Shown here: one piece after another, positions 37,906 to 49,580 of the stretch
How the letters are laid out: every line of letters begins with the position of its first letter
How positions within the stretch are numbered: position 1 is the stretch's first letter
NCBI GenBank assembly: GCA_900552645.1
Contig: USAN01000004.1
Span: 353 to 64,352, forward strand
Length of the DNA: 64,000 nucleotides
Reading direction: 5' to 3'
Source: an uncultured Bacteroides sp.
Lineage (GTDB): Bacteria; Bacteroidota; Bacteroidia; Bacteroidales; Bacteroidaceae
The notes under the pieces: model-generated
Database searches by the model: none
What the model was told of the DNA's origin: nothing
Seen by the model: the letters and a program-made list of their open reading frames with translations, nothing else
Position numbers and translations under genes: made by a program

Positions 37906-40548
37906 ATGGAATTAGCAAGTAAGTATAATCCCGCAGATGTAGAGGGAAAATGGTACCAGTACTGGCTGGAAAATAAACTATTCAGTTCTAAACCCGATGG
38001 ACGTGAACCTTACACCGTCGTCATTCCTCCTCCTAATGTTACAGGTGTGCTACATATGGGACATATGCTTAATAATACTATACAGGATATACTTGTACGC
38101 CGTGCACGCATGGAAGGCAAGAATGCATGCTGGGTACCAGGTACCGACCATGCTTCAATAGCAACCGAGGCTAAGGTTGTAAATCGTCTTGCACAGCAAG
38201 GTATAAAAAAGACAGACCTTACTCGTGACGAATTCTTGAAACACGCATGGGAATGGACCGACGAACATGGTGGCATTATTCTTAAACAATTACGCAAACT
38301 TGGTGCCTCATGCGACTGGGACCGTACAGCTTTCACTATGGACGAGATTCGTTCGGAAAGTGTATTGAAGGTATTTGTAGACTTATACAACAAAGGTCTT
38401 ATTTACCGCGGTGTACGTATGGTGAACTGGGATCCCAAAGCACTCACCGCACTTAGTGACGAAGAGGTAATATATAAAGAAGAAAATAGCAAACTTTACT
38501 ATTTACGCTACAAGGTTGAAGGCGATGCAGAAGGTCGCTATGCCGTAGTTGCTACAACTCGTCCCGAAACTATAATGGGCGATACCGCGATGTGTATCAA
38601 CCCAAACGACCCAAAGAATGAGTGGTTGAAAGGAAAAAGAGTAATTGTTCCATTGGTAGGACGTTCAATTCCTGTAATTGAAGATGATTATGTAGATATA
38701 GAATTCGGTACAGGATGTCTTAAGGTAACACCTGCCCACGACGTAAATGACTACATGCTTGGAGAGAAGTACAACCTTCAGACTATTGATATTTTCAATG
38801 ATAATGGTACAATAAGCGAAGCAGCAGGCCTTTATGTAGGTATGGACCGTTTCGATGTACGTAAGCAGATTGAAAAAGATCTTCAGGATGCCGATCTTAT
38901 GGAAAAGGTAGAAGCATACACCAATAAAGTTGGCTTTTCGGAACGTACAAATGTTGCTATCGAACCTAAGCTTTCAATGCAATGGTTCCTTAATATGGAA
39001 AAGCTTGCTCAGCCTGCATTAGAAGCTGTAATGAGCGACGATATAAAATTCTATCCTTCAAAATACAAGAACACCTATAAATATTGGATGGAAAACATAA
39101 AGGACTGGTGTATAAGCCGTCAGTTATGGTGGGGTCATCGCATTCCTGCATACTTCCTTCCTGAAGGAGGATATGTAGTAGCTGCTACTGAAGAAGAAGC
39201 ACTTAAAATGGCACAGGAAAAGACTGGTAACAGCACTCTTACTATGGCCGATTTGCGTCAGGATGAGGATTGCTTGGATACATGGTTCTCTTCATGGTTA
39301 TGGCCTATATCTCTTTTTGATGGCATAAACAATCCCGGCAATGATGAGATGAACTACTACTACCCTACCAGTGACTTGGTAACCGGTCCGGATATTATCT
39401 TCTTCTGGGTTGCACGTATGATTATGGCAGGTTACGAATATGAAGGAAAAATGCCATTCAAAAATGTATACTTTACAGGTATTGTACGTGACAAACTAGG
39501 TCGCAAGATGTCTAAATCATTAGGCAACTCGCCCGATCCATTGGAACTTATAGAACGATTCGGCGCCGATGGAGTACGTATGGGTATGATGCTTGCTGCG
39601 CCAGCAGGTAACGACATTCTGTTTGACGATTCATTGTGTGAGCAGGGACGTAATTTCAACAATAAAATATGGAATGCATTCCGCCTTGTAAAAGGATGGG
39701 AAGTAGCCGACATAGAACAACCTGAATATGCAAAGCTTGCAACAGAATGGTTTGACAGCCAGTTAGTACTTGCAACAGCAGAAATTACAGACTTGTTTAG
39801 CAAATATCGTCTAAGCGAAGCCTTGATGGTAGTATACAAGCTATTCTGGGATGAATTCTCAAGCTGGTATTTGGAAATGGTAAAACCGACTTACGGACAG
39901 CCTATTGACAGAAAAACGTTCGAAACTACACTACATTTCTTTGATATATTACTTAAACAACTGCATCCTTTCATGCCATTCATTACTGAAGAATTATGGC
40001 AACATATTTATGACAGAAAAGATGGAGAAAGCATCATGACGGTTGAAATGGAGAAATATGCCGATCGTAATATTGAAGATGCAGCAACTCTTGTAAATAC
40101 ATTCAACAAGCTCAAAGAAGTTATAAGTGGTGTTCGTACTATCCGTCTTCAAAAAAATATAGCGCAGAAAGATTCTTTGGAACTTGAGATAATAGGCGAA
40201 GAAAAAGAAATTATAGCTTACGCAGATGTTATAAAGAAACTTTGTAATCTATCGACTATAACAGTGGTTTCTGCCAAACCAGAAGGTGCCTCATCTTTTA
40301 TGGTAGGTACAACTGAATACTTTATCCCATTAGGCGACCTTATCAATGTAGAAGAGGAGTTGAAGAAATTAGAGGCTGATTTGAAGTATCAAGAAGGATT
40401 TCTTCAAAGCGTACTAAAAAAACTAAGCAACGAGAAATTTGTAAACAATGCTCCGGCTAATGTAATCGACATAGAACGCAAAAAACAAGCTGATGCAGAA
40501 AGTAAGATTTCAACATTGAAAGAGAGCATTGCCGCACTTAAGAAGTAA
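37906..40548 (+). CDS. valS: Valine--tRNA ligase
   Basis: [34 protein letters not shown]-terminal coiled coil. Confidence 0.97.
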   Translation: MELASKYNPADVEGKWYQYWLENKLFSSKPDGREPYTVVIPPPNVTGVLHMGHMLNNTIQDILVRRARMEGKNACWVPGTDHASIATEAKVVNRLAQQGIKKTDLTRDEFLKHAWEWTDEHGGIILKQLRKLGASCDWDRTAFTMDEIRSESVLKVFVDLYNKGLIYRGVRMVNWDPKALTALSDEEVIYKEENSKLYYLRYKVEGDAEGRYAVVATTRPETIMGDTAMCINPNDPKNEWLKGKRVIVPLVGRSIPVIEDDYVDIEFGTGCLKVTPAHDVNDYMLGEKYNLQTIDIFNDNGTISEAAGLYVGMDRFDVRKQIEKDLQDADLMEKVEAYTNKVGFSERTNVAIEPKLSMQWFLNMEKLAQPALEAVMSDDIKFYPSKYKNTYKYWMENIKDWCISRQLWWGHRIPAYFLPEGGYVVAATEEEALKMAQEKTGNSTLTMADLRQDEDCLDTWFSSWLWPISLFDGINNPGNDEMNYYYPTSDLVTGPDIIFFWVARMIMAGYEYEGKMPFKNVYFTGIVRDKLGRKMSKSLGNSPDPLELIERFGADGVRMGMMLAAPAGNDILFDDSLCEQGRNFNNKIWNAFRLVKGWEVADIEQPEYAKLATEWFDSQLVLATAEITDLFSKYRLSEALMVVYKLFWDEFSSWYLEMVKPTYGQPIDRKTFETTLHFFDILLKQLHPFMPFITEELWQHIYDRKDGESIMTVEMEKYADRNIEDAATLVNTFNKLKEVISGVRTIRLQKNIAQKDSLELEIIGEEKEIIAYADVIKKLCNLSTITVVSAKPEGASSFMVGTTEYFIPLGDLINVEEELKKLEADLKYQEGFLQSVLKKLSNEKFVNNAPANVIDIERKKQADAESKISTLKESIAALKK

Positions 40549-40628
40549 AAATTTATTTTACTATTGAGAGTTATATTGTCTCATATAAAAATATGAAAAA
40601 TAGATAGAACTCTAACATAAAAAAAAAT

Positions 40629-40676
40629 AAACAGTCATATCAATCTATGTTCTATAGTAGTGATATGACTGTTTTT
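40629..40676 (+). terminator. valS terminator-like hairpin
   Basis: AAACAGTCATATCA...TGATATGACTGTTT 14-bp stem plus T-run. Confidence 0.75.
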
Positions 40677-40790
40677 ACATATATACATTCGATTATTAGC
40701 TTATCGATATCATTAAATATAAAAATCCCCCTAGCATTACTAGGAGGACTTTTATAAGGATGCTATAACATCCTCTTTTTAATTATATAA

Positions 40791-42473
40791 TTAATCGTTT
40801 ACTATAAAAGCAGAATAAGGAGGCAAAGGAATCGCATTTACGAAATCCTTATACGGCACAGGTTCAAATGAACTCTTAAACTCTATCCTTAAAGTTACAC
40901 CATCCATTATTGACTCTTTATATTTTTCTATAACACTTTCAATTATATCAGCAGGAGATTTGGATTCTGTCTCTACAATTGATCTGCTAGCGCTTACTTC
41001 AATGATATAATCTTTAACTGTTGTATGAATAACTTTTCCTCTTCTACTCAAAATATCGTATAAGCTTACCATCAGATTAGCTCTTGATTTTTCAGAGCAA
41101 TTTTTCAATATTATATTATTAATATTTTCTCTGTTACTGATATAAATAACATCATTTATCGACTCTACATTATTATCTACTACTGTAAAATTAGATTTAG
41201 AGTATACAAATATATTATTCAATCTATAATCACGTCCTGTAGTGCTAACTATTCCGGATAATGGCTTTACTGCTTCCTGATTTTCTACAACAGTTACAGG
41301 CTCTTTATCCTCTTCTATTTCTGTAATATTACCTTTTATAGCATCCGAAGGTTTTGATGCTACATGCAATATAACATCATTACAGTCATTATCTCCTCCG
41401 AAGAATCCTTCGTTATTCATATCTTCGAATGCCAGAATAATATTTCCCTTAGCAGTAGAGAAGATAGCAGTATGTGATTTTTTAGTTTTTTCAGGATTCC
41501 ATGATTTTTCAGAATAAAATTGTGACCATCCTTCTGTAACTGTAGAAGTAAGCATATTATACGCAGAGGTTCTTAATACCCATCCTATATTTGTACCTGC
41601 AGGGAAAACATCACTCTTTTCTCCTGTTGTAGGATTTAGATATTTAAGTTTAATATACTCACCATTATGTAGTCCATCATTAAGCAAAGTATATGTTCTA
41701 GTAGAAGGGAATGCTAAAATTTCTTTTACATTATCCTTTTCAACACTGTTATTATAACAATAGTATCCTATCGCATTATTAAATATGGATTTGTCACTAA
41801 TTACACTTAACCATATCTCGGCATCTTTATCAACACTTATACCTTTAGAAGTAGTAAATTTATCATTAACGCGCTCCCACTCCGGCAAACTCTTGTTTAT
41901 GTCTTTTAGTTCAGCCCCACCAATTTTAAATGAAACATTATCTATATATTTAGGCTTTCCCAAATAATTCCACTCACCTAATAAAAAAGAAGTATAATTT
42001 GAACCTCGTGAATTAGAAGTCGTATTTTCAATCATACTATTCATATCAAATAGCTCGGGTGTTACACTTCCATTAGAAATAACGCCATGAAGCATCATAG
42101 GTACACCAGCATTATCAGATGTTATATAAATCTCATTCACATTATCGGGAATATATTTAGAAAAACTAAACTTTCCGTTAGCATCTGTCATTCCATTCAA
42201 GATTGGAGTTACATTTTCTTTTTTTATTATTCCATTTGAAGTAACTTCATAAGGATTTTCAGAGTAAACATTAAAAGAAATTTTATAATCGGAACTTACA
42301 TGATAATCAATATCAACAAGAACCGATTGGCCTTTATTAGAGCTCAATAAATCGTTTATTGAACTTTCTACATCTGTTTTATCTGTAATCCCGTCATTCG
42401 AGGAACAAGATAAAAGCATACACGATGCAATCGCTGCACTGAATAAGCTGTAAATAATGTTTTTACTTTTCAT
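40791..42473 (-). CDS. Lipoprotein with DUF4114/LruC-like domain
   Basis: Lipobox LLSC; NAIGYYCY, FPAGTNIGWVL, FEDM...DNDCNDVI. Confidence 0.7.
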   Translation of the reverse strand: MKSKNIIYSLFSAAIASCMLLSCSSNDGITDKTDVESSINDLLSSNKGQSVLVDIDYHVSSDYKISFNVYSENPYEVTSNGIIKKENVTPILNGMTDANGKFSFSKYIPDNVNEIYITSDNAGVPMMLHGVISNGSVTPELFDMNSMIENTTSNSRGSNYTSFLLGEWNYLGKPKYIDNVSFKIGGAELKDINKSLPEWERVNDKFTTSKGISVDKDAEIWLSVISDKSIFNNAIGYYCYNNSVEKDNVKEILAFPSTRTYTLLNDGLHNGEYIKLKYLNPTTGEKSDVFPAGTNIGWVLRTSAYNMLTSTVTEGWSQFYSEKSWNPEKTKKSHTAIFSTAKGNIILAFEDMNNEGFFGGDNDCNDVILHVASKPSDAIKGNITEIEEDKEPVTVVENQEAVKPLSGIVSTTGRDYRLNNIFVYSKSNFTVVDNNVESINDVIYISNRENINNIILKNCSEKSRANLMVSLYDILSRRGKVIHTTVKDYIIEVSASRSIVETESKSPADIIESVIEKYKESIMDGVTLRIEFKSSFEPVPYKDFVNAIPLPPYSAFIVND

Positions 42474-42478
42474 TTTAT

Positions 42479-44491
42479 TTATTTTATAGGATGAATAAAT
42501 ATCATTCGCGTACCAAAAGTATAAGTTGAATCTATAATTATCTTACCATCTAACTTATCTGCAATTAATTTGGTCAAAGTTAATCCCAACCCAATTCCTT
42601 GCGAAAAAGTATCTACCTTTTGGAAAGATTCAAATATTTCTTCCTGCTTTTCCTTAGGAATACCACTACCAGTATCTTCTACTATAAATTCAATACTATC
42701 TTCATTTATAATATATTTCAGACAAATTTCTCCATTACTAGTAAATTTCATCGAATTAATCAATAGATTTCTAAGTAACTGCTTAAGTCTTATTTCATCA
42801 GTAAATAAGTAGCACTCTTTTTCATCAGGAATAAATTTAAATACGATATCATTACTAACATGAATTTTCAGTTCTTCTGCAAGCGACTGACACATAGATC
42901 TCACCTCATATCTATCAAATTCAAATTTTAACTGCCCGGTTTGTAACGAAGAAGCATCTACCGTATCGTTTATAAGTTTAAGTAATAAATCGGAGTTTTT
43001 CCTTATTATAGAAACATATTCTTTACATTCATTATTATCATATAGTTCTGTCAATACTGAAGAAAAACCTATAATGGCATTCAATGGTGTTCTTACTTCA
43101 TGACTCATATTAGCTAAAAATATATCTTTATATTTGCTAGAGAGTTCAGCTTTTTCTTTAGCTATAAGTAAATCATGTTCTGATTTAATAAGTTTTTTCT
43201 TATCTTCTTTTAATAACTTATCCGAAATACGTAATTTATTTCTTATTATTCGTATTCTTATATTATAAATAATACTTATAATAGAGATGAATAAAAATAG
43301 TCCGGCTAAAGCCCATACCAGCCTTAGTTTACTGTTTCTTGACTCAATTTCAAGTTCTTTATTTTTAAGCTCTAATTTATCTACTTCATGAATAGTTCGT
43401 AACTGATTTATCTGTTTAGAAATACTCTCGTTATAAGTGGTATCTACAATATTCAAGGCTTTTTCATAAACCAATGCCGATTCTTTATATTTCTTGGATT
43501 CAAGTAGTATTTTAGCCTTTAATTGGATAGCTGGTAAATAATCATTCTCACATAATATCTTTGCTATATCATCTAGAGCTTGAGGATAATTTTCTATAAG
43601 TTGATTATATAAAGCTGAAACATAATAATAATAATAATAAACATATAGATCATTAACATTTTTCATATTTATCTTTGCTTCATCTATATACTCCTTAGCT
43701 TTCTCAGGCATTTTTCTCACTACATACATCTCAATTTTATAAGAATCCAATAACCACAAACATCTTTTAAGAGGTATATTATTGTTTTTCTTTTTCCAAT
43801 TGTCTAGGATTAAATAAGCTTGTTCTATGTTTTTTTCTACATTCCTAAAATCCTTCAGTTTTAGATAAGATTCTATAATGTAAGAAGTAAACTGGAATTC
43901 ATATCCATAACGTTTACTTTTCTGTCTACTTTGAAGCTCAAGACCTTCTTTAAATGATTTTATCGCCTCTACATATCTAAAAGTTTCCATGTAAATAATC
44001 CCCAAGTTCTCATATGAAGCAATCAAACCATCAATATTATTAATATCTTTAGCCATTAAGTATAAACGATTTGCATGTTCTATGGCTACATCATAATTCT
44101 GTAAATAAACTTCTAAAGAACAGTAAAGGTTATATGAATCAAAAAAATATCTATATTGCTTATTCTCTAAAGTAACTTTTTCTACTTTTTTTATCCAATA
44201 CCGAGCACTATCTACCATAAATCTATTATAGTAATTTTTTACTATTAATGAAAGAATTAGTCCTTGTAAATAAGTAGAATCTTTCTTTTCAGATAAAGAA
44301 AGCATTTTTTTTAGATAAGTTATTTCTTGAGGTGTGTTTGCAAGTAGCTGGCTATGCTTAACTACAGAATCTTTATTAAGATCGTGCAGGTAATTAATTT
44401 TATATTCTGAAGTGGTAACTTCAGAAGCAAAACTATAATCGGTTAGTAGAAAAATAATCCCAATGGTTAATAGGATTTTTTTTAAATGCAT
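42479..44491 (-). CDS. Sensor histidine kinase with TPR-like periplasmic region
   Basis: FLANMSHEVRTPLNAIIGFS, NLLINSMKFT, DTGSGI, GIGLGL. Confidence 0.92.
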   Translation of the reverse strand: MHLKKILLTIGIIFLLTDYSFASEVTTSEYKINYLHDLNKDSVVKHSQLLANTPQEITYLKKMLSLSEKKDSTYLQGLILSLIVKNYYNRFMVDSARYWIKKVEKVTLENKQYRYFFDSYNLYCSLEVYLQNYDVAIEHANRLYLMAKDINNIDGLIASYENLGIIYMETFRYVEAIKSFKEGLELQSRQKSKRYGYEFQFTSYIIESYLKLKDFRNVEKNIEQAYLILDNWKKKNNNIPLKRCLWLLDSYKIEMYVVRKMPEKAKEYIDEAKINMKNVNDLYVYYYYYYVSALYNQLIENYPQALDDIAKILCENDYLPAIQLKAKILLESKKYKESALVYEKALNIVDTTYNESISKQINQLRTIHEVDKLELKNKELEIESRNSKLRLVWALAGLFLFISIISIIYNIRIRIIRNKLRISDKLLKEDKKKLIKSEHDLLIAKEKAELSSKYKDIFLANMSHEVRTPLNAIIGFSSVLTELYDNNECKEYVSIIRKNSDLLLKLINDTVDASSLQTGQLKFEFDRYEVRSMCQSLAEELKIHVSNDIVFKFIPDEKECYLFTDEIRLKQLLRNLLINSMKFTSNGEICLKYIINEDSIEFIVEDTGSGIPKEKQEEIFESFQKVDTFSQGIGLGLTLTKLIADKLDGKIIIDSTYTFGTRMIFIHPIK

Positions 44492-44527
44492 AGAATAAAA
44501 AATAAATTAAATGTTGAAAGCAAACAA

Positions 44528-44971
44528 CTACTTCTCAAGTAAATCTTTTAGGAAGGCATCTAATTCTTCATCAAGGCCTTTTAACAGTTCATCATTTAAA
44601 AGCAATGTATCATCATCAATCAACAATAAATCACTTATTGTCTCCTTATCCTCATCTACCAATACAAAAGAAAACGGCTTAATGATACATAATTTGTCAA
44701 TAACCCCGCTATCCTTCAAAGCTTCAAGTTCTGAACTCAACATTTTCTCTACACTACTATAAAAATCATCCTCATCATAATCTATCCACTCTTCGATTAC
44801 AGTATGCGCCAATTCTTCTTCATCATCATTGAAAATAATTAATTCTCCACTATCTTGTTTAGGTTGAATATGAATATCAGTAATTACAGGATTATCTAAA
44901 TCAATATAACTATTGAATGCTTCCTGTAATGAAGATTGAATATTATTATGTGATTGTGAAGTAAGTTTCAT
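44528..44971 (-). CDS. Conserved acidic hypothetical protein
   Basis: ITDIHIQ..SGEL.IFNDD, KPFSFVLVD, LDEELDAFLKDLL. Confidence 0.7.
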   Translation of the reverse strand: MKLTSQSHNNIQSSLQEAFNSYIDLDNPVITDIHIQPKQDSGELIIFNDDEEELAHTVIEEWIDYDEDDFYSSVEKMLSSELEALKDSGVIDKLCIIKPFSFVLVDEDKETISDLLLIDDDTLLLNDELLKGLDEELDAFLKDLLEK

Positions 44972-45036
44972 GGCTATTTATTTAATTTTATAAAATTACA
45001 TTATCAAAAATACAAAAAAAATCTATTCTACAACTT

Positions 45037-46026
45037 TTATTCTATCTTTTTATCAATAAATCGGCTCATTTGAATATTTAATTTAAGAAGATCATTGCTT
45101 CTTTTTAATAATTCAGACCTATATTTTACTATAAGAACAAGATCTTCCGAATCTTTTTTTGCCAATGATTCACTTTTATCTAACCATTCAAGAGCTTCCT
45201 TTATATTGTCTTTTGATTCGTTATAAACTGCTATATTAAAAGCTGATTTCATTTTCATCTTTCCTTTCTTAGTCTCGTATACCTGCTTCCATAATTTATA
45301 AGCTTCATTCCACTCATTATTACGTACATTTACTCCAGCATCTCGCATTTCTACATTATCCCCATCATAATAGAATCTTACTATCTCCTTCCAATGAGGC
45401 AGAATATTATCTATTGGTTTTGATACTATATATTCAGATGCATCATCAACAATATCATTAATATTTAAGCGTGGAGTAATATCCCAAAAAAGTGAATCTG
45501 TTTTCTGAACTATATAAAGTGGAGACTTTCTTGAAGTCACATACATTTGAATATATGGAGTAACAATTCCTTCAAGTGCATCGTATGGTAGTCCCAAAAT
45601 AGAGTTATCTATCTTATACAAATCTATATTTATGCTATCTAGACAAAAAATCATGTCTACATTAAGATCGTTCATAACATTTGTCATTACTTCATGCTTA
45701 AAAGAGTCGGTCGATAATGGGGCATTAAATTGTATATTTATAGTAGAGTCACATACTACTACTCTATCAAAATAATTAGCATCTGCTATTCTTTTAGCCA
45801 TAGTCTGAACGCCCAATTTTGTATTTCCTTTTACTTTATAAGCTACTTGTTTGGAATCTACTTTAGTTTTATAATCCGATATAGTAACAACTCCAACACT
45901 TTTTATCTGCTCGGGAAAACTAATATCGGCTGCTTGCAATTGATCAAGATATACAGGCTGAATAGATGAGCAACCTGCCAACAGCACATTAAAAAAGAGT
46001 ATAGCTATATAAGAATATTTATGCAT
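45037..46026 (-). CDS. Lipoprotein with C-terminal TPR-like helices (DUF6340-like)
   Basis: Lipobox LAGC; LPHWKE..RFYY, W.EA..LW, AFNIAVY.E. Confidence 0.65.
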   Translation of the reverse strand: MHKYSYIAILFFNVLLAGCSSIQPVYLDQLQAADISFPEQIKSVGVVTISDYKTKVDSKQVAYKVKGNTKLGVQTMAKRIADANYFDRVVVCDSTINIQFNAPLSTDSFKHEVMTNVMNDLNVDMIFCLDSINIDLYKIDNSILGLPYDALEGIVTPYIQMYVTSRKSPLYIVQKTDSLFWDITPRLNINDIVDDASEYIVSKPIDNILPHWKEIVRFYYDGDNVEMRDAGVNVRNNEWNEAYKLWKQVYETKKGKMKMKSAFNIAVYNESKDNIKEALEWLDKSESLAKKDSEDLVLIVKYRSELLKRSNDLLKLNIQMSRFIDKKIE

Positions 46027-46140
46027 ATAAACAATTATTAATACAAAAACAAATATACATTTTTTTGATTATATTGTATATAATAATCTAGAATTTATTT
46101 AAATATTAAAATAATATCATTCTTTTTACATTTTAATATA

Positions 46141-46180
46141 TAGAAAGCACCTACTATCTTACGACAATAGGTGCTTTCTA
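46141..46180 (-). terminator. secA terminator
   Basis: TAGAAAGCACCTA...TAGGTGCTTTCTA 13-bp stem. Confidence 0.75.
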
Positions 46181-46198
46181 TATATTACAAATACTTTA

Positions 46199-49100
46199 TC
46201 AAGCTTCGCGACCGTGGCAGTTTTTAAATTTCTTTCCACTTCCACAAGGACATGGATCATTACGTCCTACTGTCTTTTCGGCACGTATAGGTTCACGCTT
46301 TATCTCACGTGTATCGTGCTGAGCCGCAGCCTGCTGATGAGGATCGCTCAAATCTTCTTTTTCTTCCCTATACTGATTTCTCTGAATATGTTCTTCGGGG
46401 GCGGCTTCTCGTACCTGTTCAGGTTCTTGTACAGGTATCTGTCCTCGCATCAATACAGCAATGGTATTATTATTAATCTTAGTAACCATACTATCGAATA
46501 ATCCTACAGATTCAAGCTTAAATATCAATAATGGATCTTTTTGCTCATAACTTGCATTCTGAACAGAATGTTTAAGTTCATCAAGTTCACGGAGATTTTC
46601 TTTCCATGCATCATCTATAGTATGAAGTAGAATAGCTTTCTCGAACGATTTTACAATCTCCTTGCCTTCTGTTTCGTATGCTTTCTTAAGATTTACAGAG
46701 ATATTATAAAGTTTCTTTCCGTCTGTAATAGGTATCATTATATTTTCATACATATGTCCCTGTGTCTCGTATACCTGTTTGATTACTGGATTTGCAATCT
46801 GAGCCATACGGTCAGTCTTACGCTTGAAGTTAGCCATTACAGCTTCGAATATCTGTTCTGCCAAATCTTCTTTCTTCTTACCATGATATTCTTCTTCGGT
46901 AAAAGGAGGTTCCATACTAAGAGTCTGCAGCATTTCCATCTTCAAATTTTCATAATCACCAAGTTCTACTGCATAAACACAACGGTCCCATATCATATTT
47001 ACTATATCCATACCGATACGTTCACCCATAAGTGCATGACGGCGTTTTGTATATACAACTACACGCTGTTTGTTCATGACATCATCATACTCTAATAAAC
47101 GTTTACGAATACCGAAGTTATTCTCTTCAACTTTCTTCTGAGCACGTTCTATAGAATTTGATATCATTTTATGTTCAATCATCTCGCCCTCCTTAAATCC
47201 CAGGCGGTCCATAACATTTGCAATTCTATCAGACGAGAACAGACGCATCAAATCATCTTCAAGAGACACAAAGAAAACAGAAGATCCAGGGTCTCCTTGA
47301 CGACCGGCACGTCCACGTAACTGACGGTCTACACGACGACTCTCATGACGCTCTGTACCAATTATAGCCAAACCTCCTGCCGCCTTCACGTCGGCGCTAA
47401 GCTTGATATCAGTACCACGACCAGCCATATTTGTAGCTATAGTTACAATACTTTTTTGACCAGCTTGAGCCACAATATCTGCTTCACGTTGATGAAGTTT
47501 AGCATTAAGAACATTGTGTTCTATTTTACGCATTGTAAGCATCTTACTTAACATCTCAGAAATTTCTACAGAAGTAGTACCAACAAGAACTGGACGTCCT
47601 TCGTGAACCATCTTTTCAATTTCTTCAATTACAGCTTTATATTTTTCACGTTTAGTCTTGTAAACGCGATCATTCATATCATGACGAGAGATAGGACGAT
47701 TTGTTGGAATTACTACAACATCCAACTTATATATATCCCAGAATTCACCTGCCTCGGTTTCGGCTGTACCGGTCATACCAGAAAGCTTGTGATACATACG
47801 GAAATAATTCTGAAGTGTAATTGTAGCAAATGTCTGAGTAGCAGCTTCTACTTTAACACCTTCCTTAGCTTCGATTGCTTGATGTAAACCATCTGAATAA
47901 CGACGACCTTCCATTATACGACCAGTTTGTTCGTCTACAATCTTAACCTGTCCGTCAATAACTACATATTCATCATCCTTTTCGAACATTGCATACGCCT
48001 TAAGCAACTGATTTATAGTATGTACGCGTTCTGATTTGATTGCATAGTTATTAAGCAGTTCATCTTTTTTGGCAAGCTTATCTTCTTCGTTCAAGTCTGT
48101 TTCATTTTCAAGAGCAGACAGTTGAGAAGTTATGTCGGGCAATACAAACAGAGTAGGATCGGCCGAATTACCAGTTATAAGATCAATACCTTTATCTGTA
48201 AGATCTACGCTATTTATCTTTTCATCTATAACGAAGAACAACGGATCGACAGCTTCAGGCATGCGCTTATTATTCTGCTCCATATATATTTCCTCTGTTT
48301 TTAGCATACCAGCTTTGATACCCTGTTCACTTAAGTATTTAATAAGAGCCTTATTTTTAGGAAGAGCCTTATGACTGCGGAAAAGAGCAAGAAAACCTTC
48401 TTCTTGATCTTTTTTATCATCGGATGATATAAGGCGTTTAGCATCGGCCAAATACTGGGTAGCCAGTTTTTTCTGAGCTTCAAACAAACGTTCTACTAGA
48501 GGACGTAACTGCTCAAAAAGCTGATCTTCTCCTTTTGGAACAGGACCAGAAATGATAAGTGGAGTACGTGCATCATCAATTAATACAGAGTCGACCTCAT
48601 CGACGATTGCATAATTATGCTTGCGCTGTACTAAATCTTTCGGACTTACCGCCATGTTGTCGCGGAGATAATCAAAACCGAATTCATTATTTGTACCGAA
48701 AGTTATGTCGGCATTATAAGCATTCCTTCTTGAATCTGAATTAGGTTGATGTTTGTCTATACAGTCAACACTTAAGCCATGAAACTGATAAAGAGGACCC
48801 ATCCATTCCGAGTCACGTTTTGAAAGATAGTCATTTACTGTGACCACATGTACACCATTACCAGTCAACGCATTTAGAAATACAGGAAGAGTAGCAACAA
48901 GAGTCTTACCTTCACCTGTTGCCATTTCGGCAATTTTTCCTTTATGAAGAACTACCCCACCAAATAGCTGTACATCGTAATGAACCATATTCCATGTAAT
49001 TTCATTACCTCCAGCAAGCCAATGATTTTTCCAAATAGCCTTATCGCCGTCTATTGATACAAAATCCTTTCCCTTACTTGCAAGTTCACGATCAAAATCT

Positions 49101-49495
49101 GTAGCAGTAACTACTATTTCTTCATTTTCAGTAAAGCGGCGTGCAGTGTCTTTTACAATAGAAAAAGCTTGTGGCAACACATCGTCAAGAGCCTTTTCAT
49201 ATTTATCAAGAATATCTTTTTCAAGTTTATCTATCTGAGCAAAGACAGCTTCTCTATCTTCAAGTTCAAGAGTTTCTATTGTTGATTTCAGCTCTTCAAT
49301 CTTATTTTCTTCTTCAGTAGCCGAATCATGAATATATTTCTTCAATTCATTAGTCCTATCGCGCAATTCATCATTACTAAGTTTAGAGATTTCCGGATAA
49401 ACCGCTAAAACCTTGTCTACCCAAGGTTTAATCTCTTTCATGTCGCGAGTTGCCTTGTTACCAAACAACTTGCCTATAAATTCATTAAATCCCAT
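46199..49495 (-). CDS. secA: Preprotein translocase ATPase SecA
   Basis: [59 protein letters not shown]. Confidence 0.98.
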   Translation of the reverse strand: MGFNEFIGKLFGNKATRDMKEIKPWVDKVLAVYPEISKLSNDELRDRTNELKKYIHDSATEEENKIEELKSTIETLELEDREAVFAQIDKLEKDILDKYEKALDDVLPQAFSIVKDTARRFTENEEIVVTATDFDRELASKGKDFVSIDGDKAIWKNHWLAGGNEITWNMVHYDVQLFGGVVLHKGKIAEMATGEGKTLVATLPVFLNALTGNGVHVVTVNDYLSKRDSEWMGPLYQFHGLSVDCIDKHQPNSDSRRNAYNADITFGTNNEFGFDYLRDNMAVSPKDLVQRKHNYAIVDEVDSVLIDDARTPLIISGPVPKGEDQLFEQLRPLVERLFEAQKKLATQYLADAKRLISSDDKKDQEEGFLALFRSHKALPKNKALIKYLSEQGIKAGMLKTEEIYMEQNNKRMPEAVDPLFFVIDEKINSVDLTDKGIDLITGNSADPTLFVLPDITSQLSALENETDLNEEDKLAKKDELLNNYAIKSERVHTINQLLKAYAMFEKDDEYVVIDGQVKIVDEQTGRIMEGRRYSDGLHQAIEAKEGVKVEAATQTFATITLQNYFRMYHKLSGMTGTAETEAGEFWDIYKLDVVVIPTNRPISRHDMNDRVYKTKREKYKAVIEEIEKMVHEGRPVLVGTTSVEISEMLSKMLTMRKIEHNVLNAKLHQREADIVAQAGQKSIVTIATNMAGRGTDIKLSADVKAAGGLAIIGTERHESRRVDRQLRGRAGRQGDPGSSVFFVSLEDDLMRLFSSDRIANVMDRLGFKEGEMIEHKMISNSIERAQKKVEENNFGIRKRLLEYDDVMNKQRVVVYTKRRHALMGERIGMDIVNMIWDRCVYAVELGDYENLKMEMLQTLSMEPPFTEEEYHGKKKEDLAEQIFEAVMANFKRKTDRMAQIANPVIKQVYETQGHMYENIMIPITDGKKLYNISVNLKKAYETEGKEIVKSFEKAILLHTIDDAWKENLRELDELKHSVQNASYEQKDPLLIFKLESVGLFDSMVTKINNNTIAVLMRGQIPVQEPEQVREAAPEEHIQRNQYREEKEDLSDPHQQAAAQHDTREIKREPIRAEKTVGRNDPCPCGSGKKFKNCHGREA

Positions 49496-49538
49496 TTTAT
49501 ATTTTATTTTTATTATTTTCTTAAATTATTATAATGCG

Positions 49539-49546
49539 CAAAAATA
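49539..49546 (-). promoter_or_regulatory. -7 promoter box (TATTTTTG) for secA
   Basis: TAnnTTTG 43 nt upstream of the ATG. Confidence 0.5.
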
Positions 49547-49580
49547 CAATAAATTACTGATTTATTGCAAGATGATAAAA

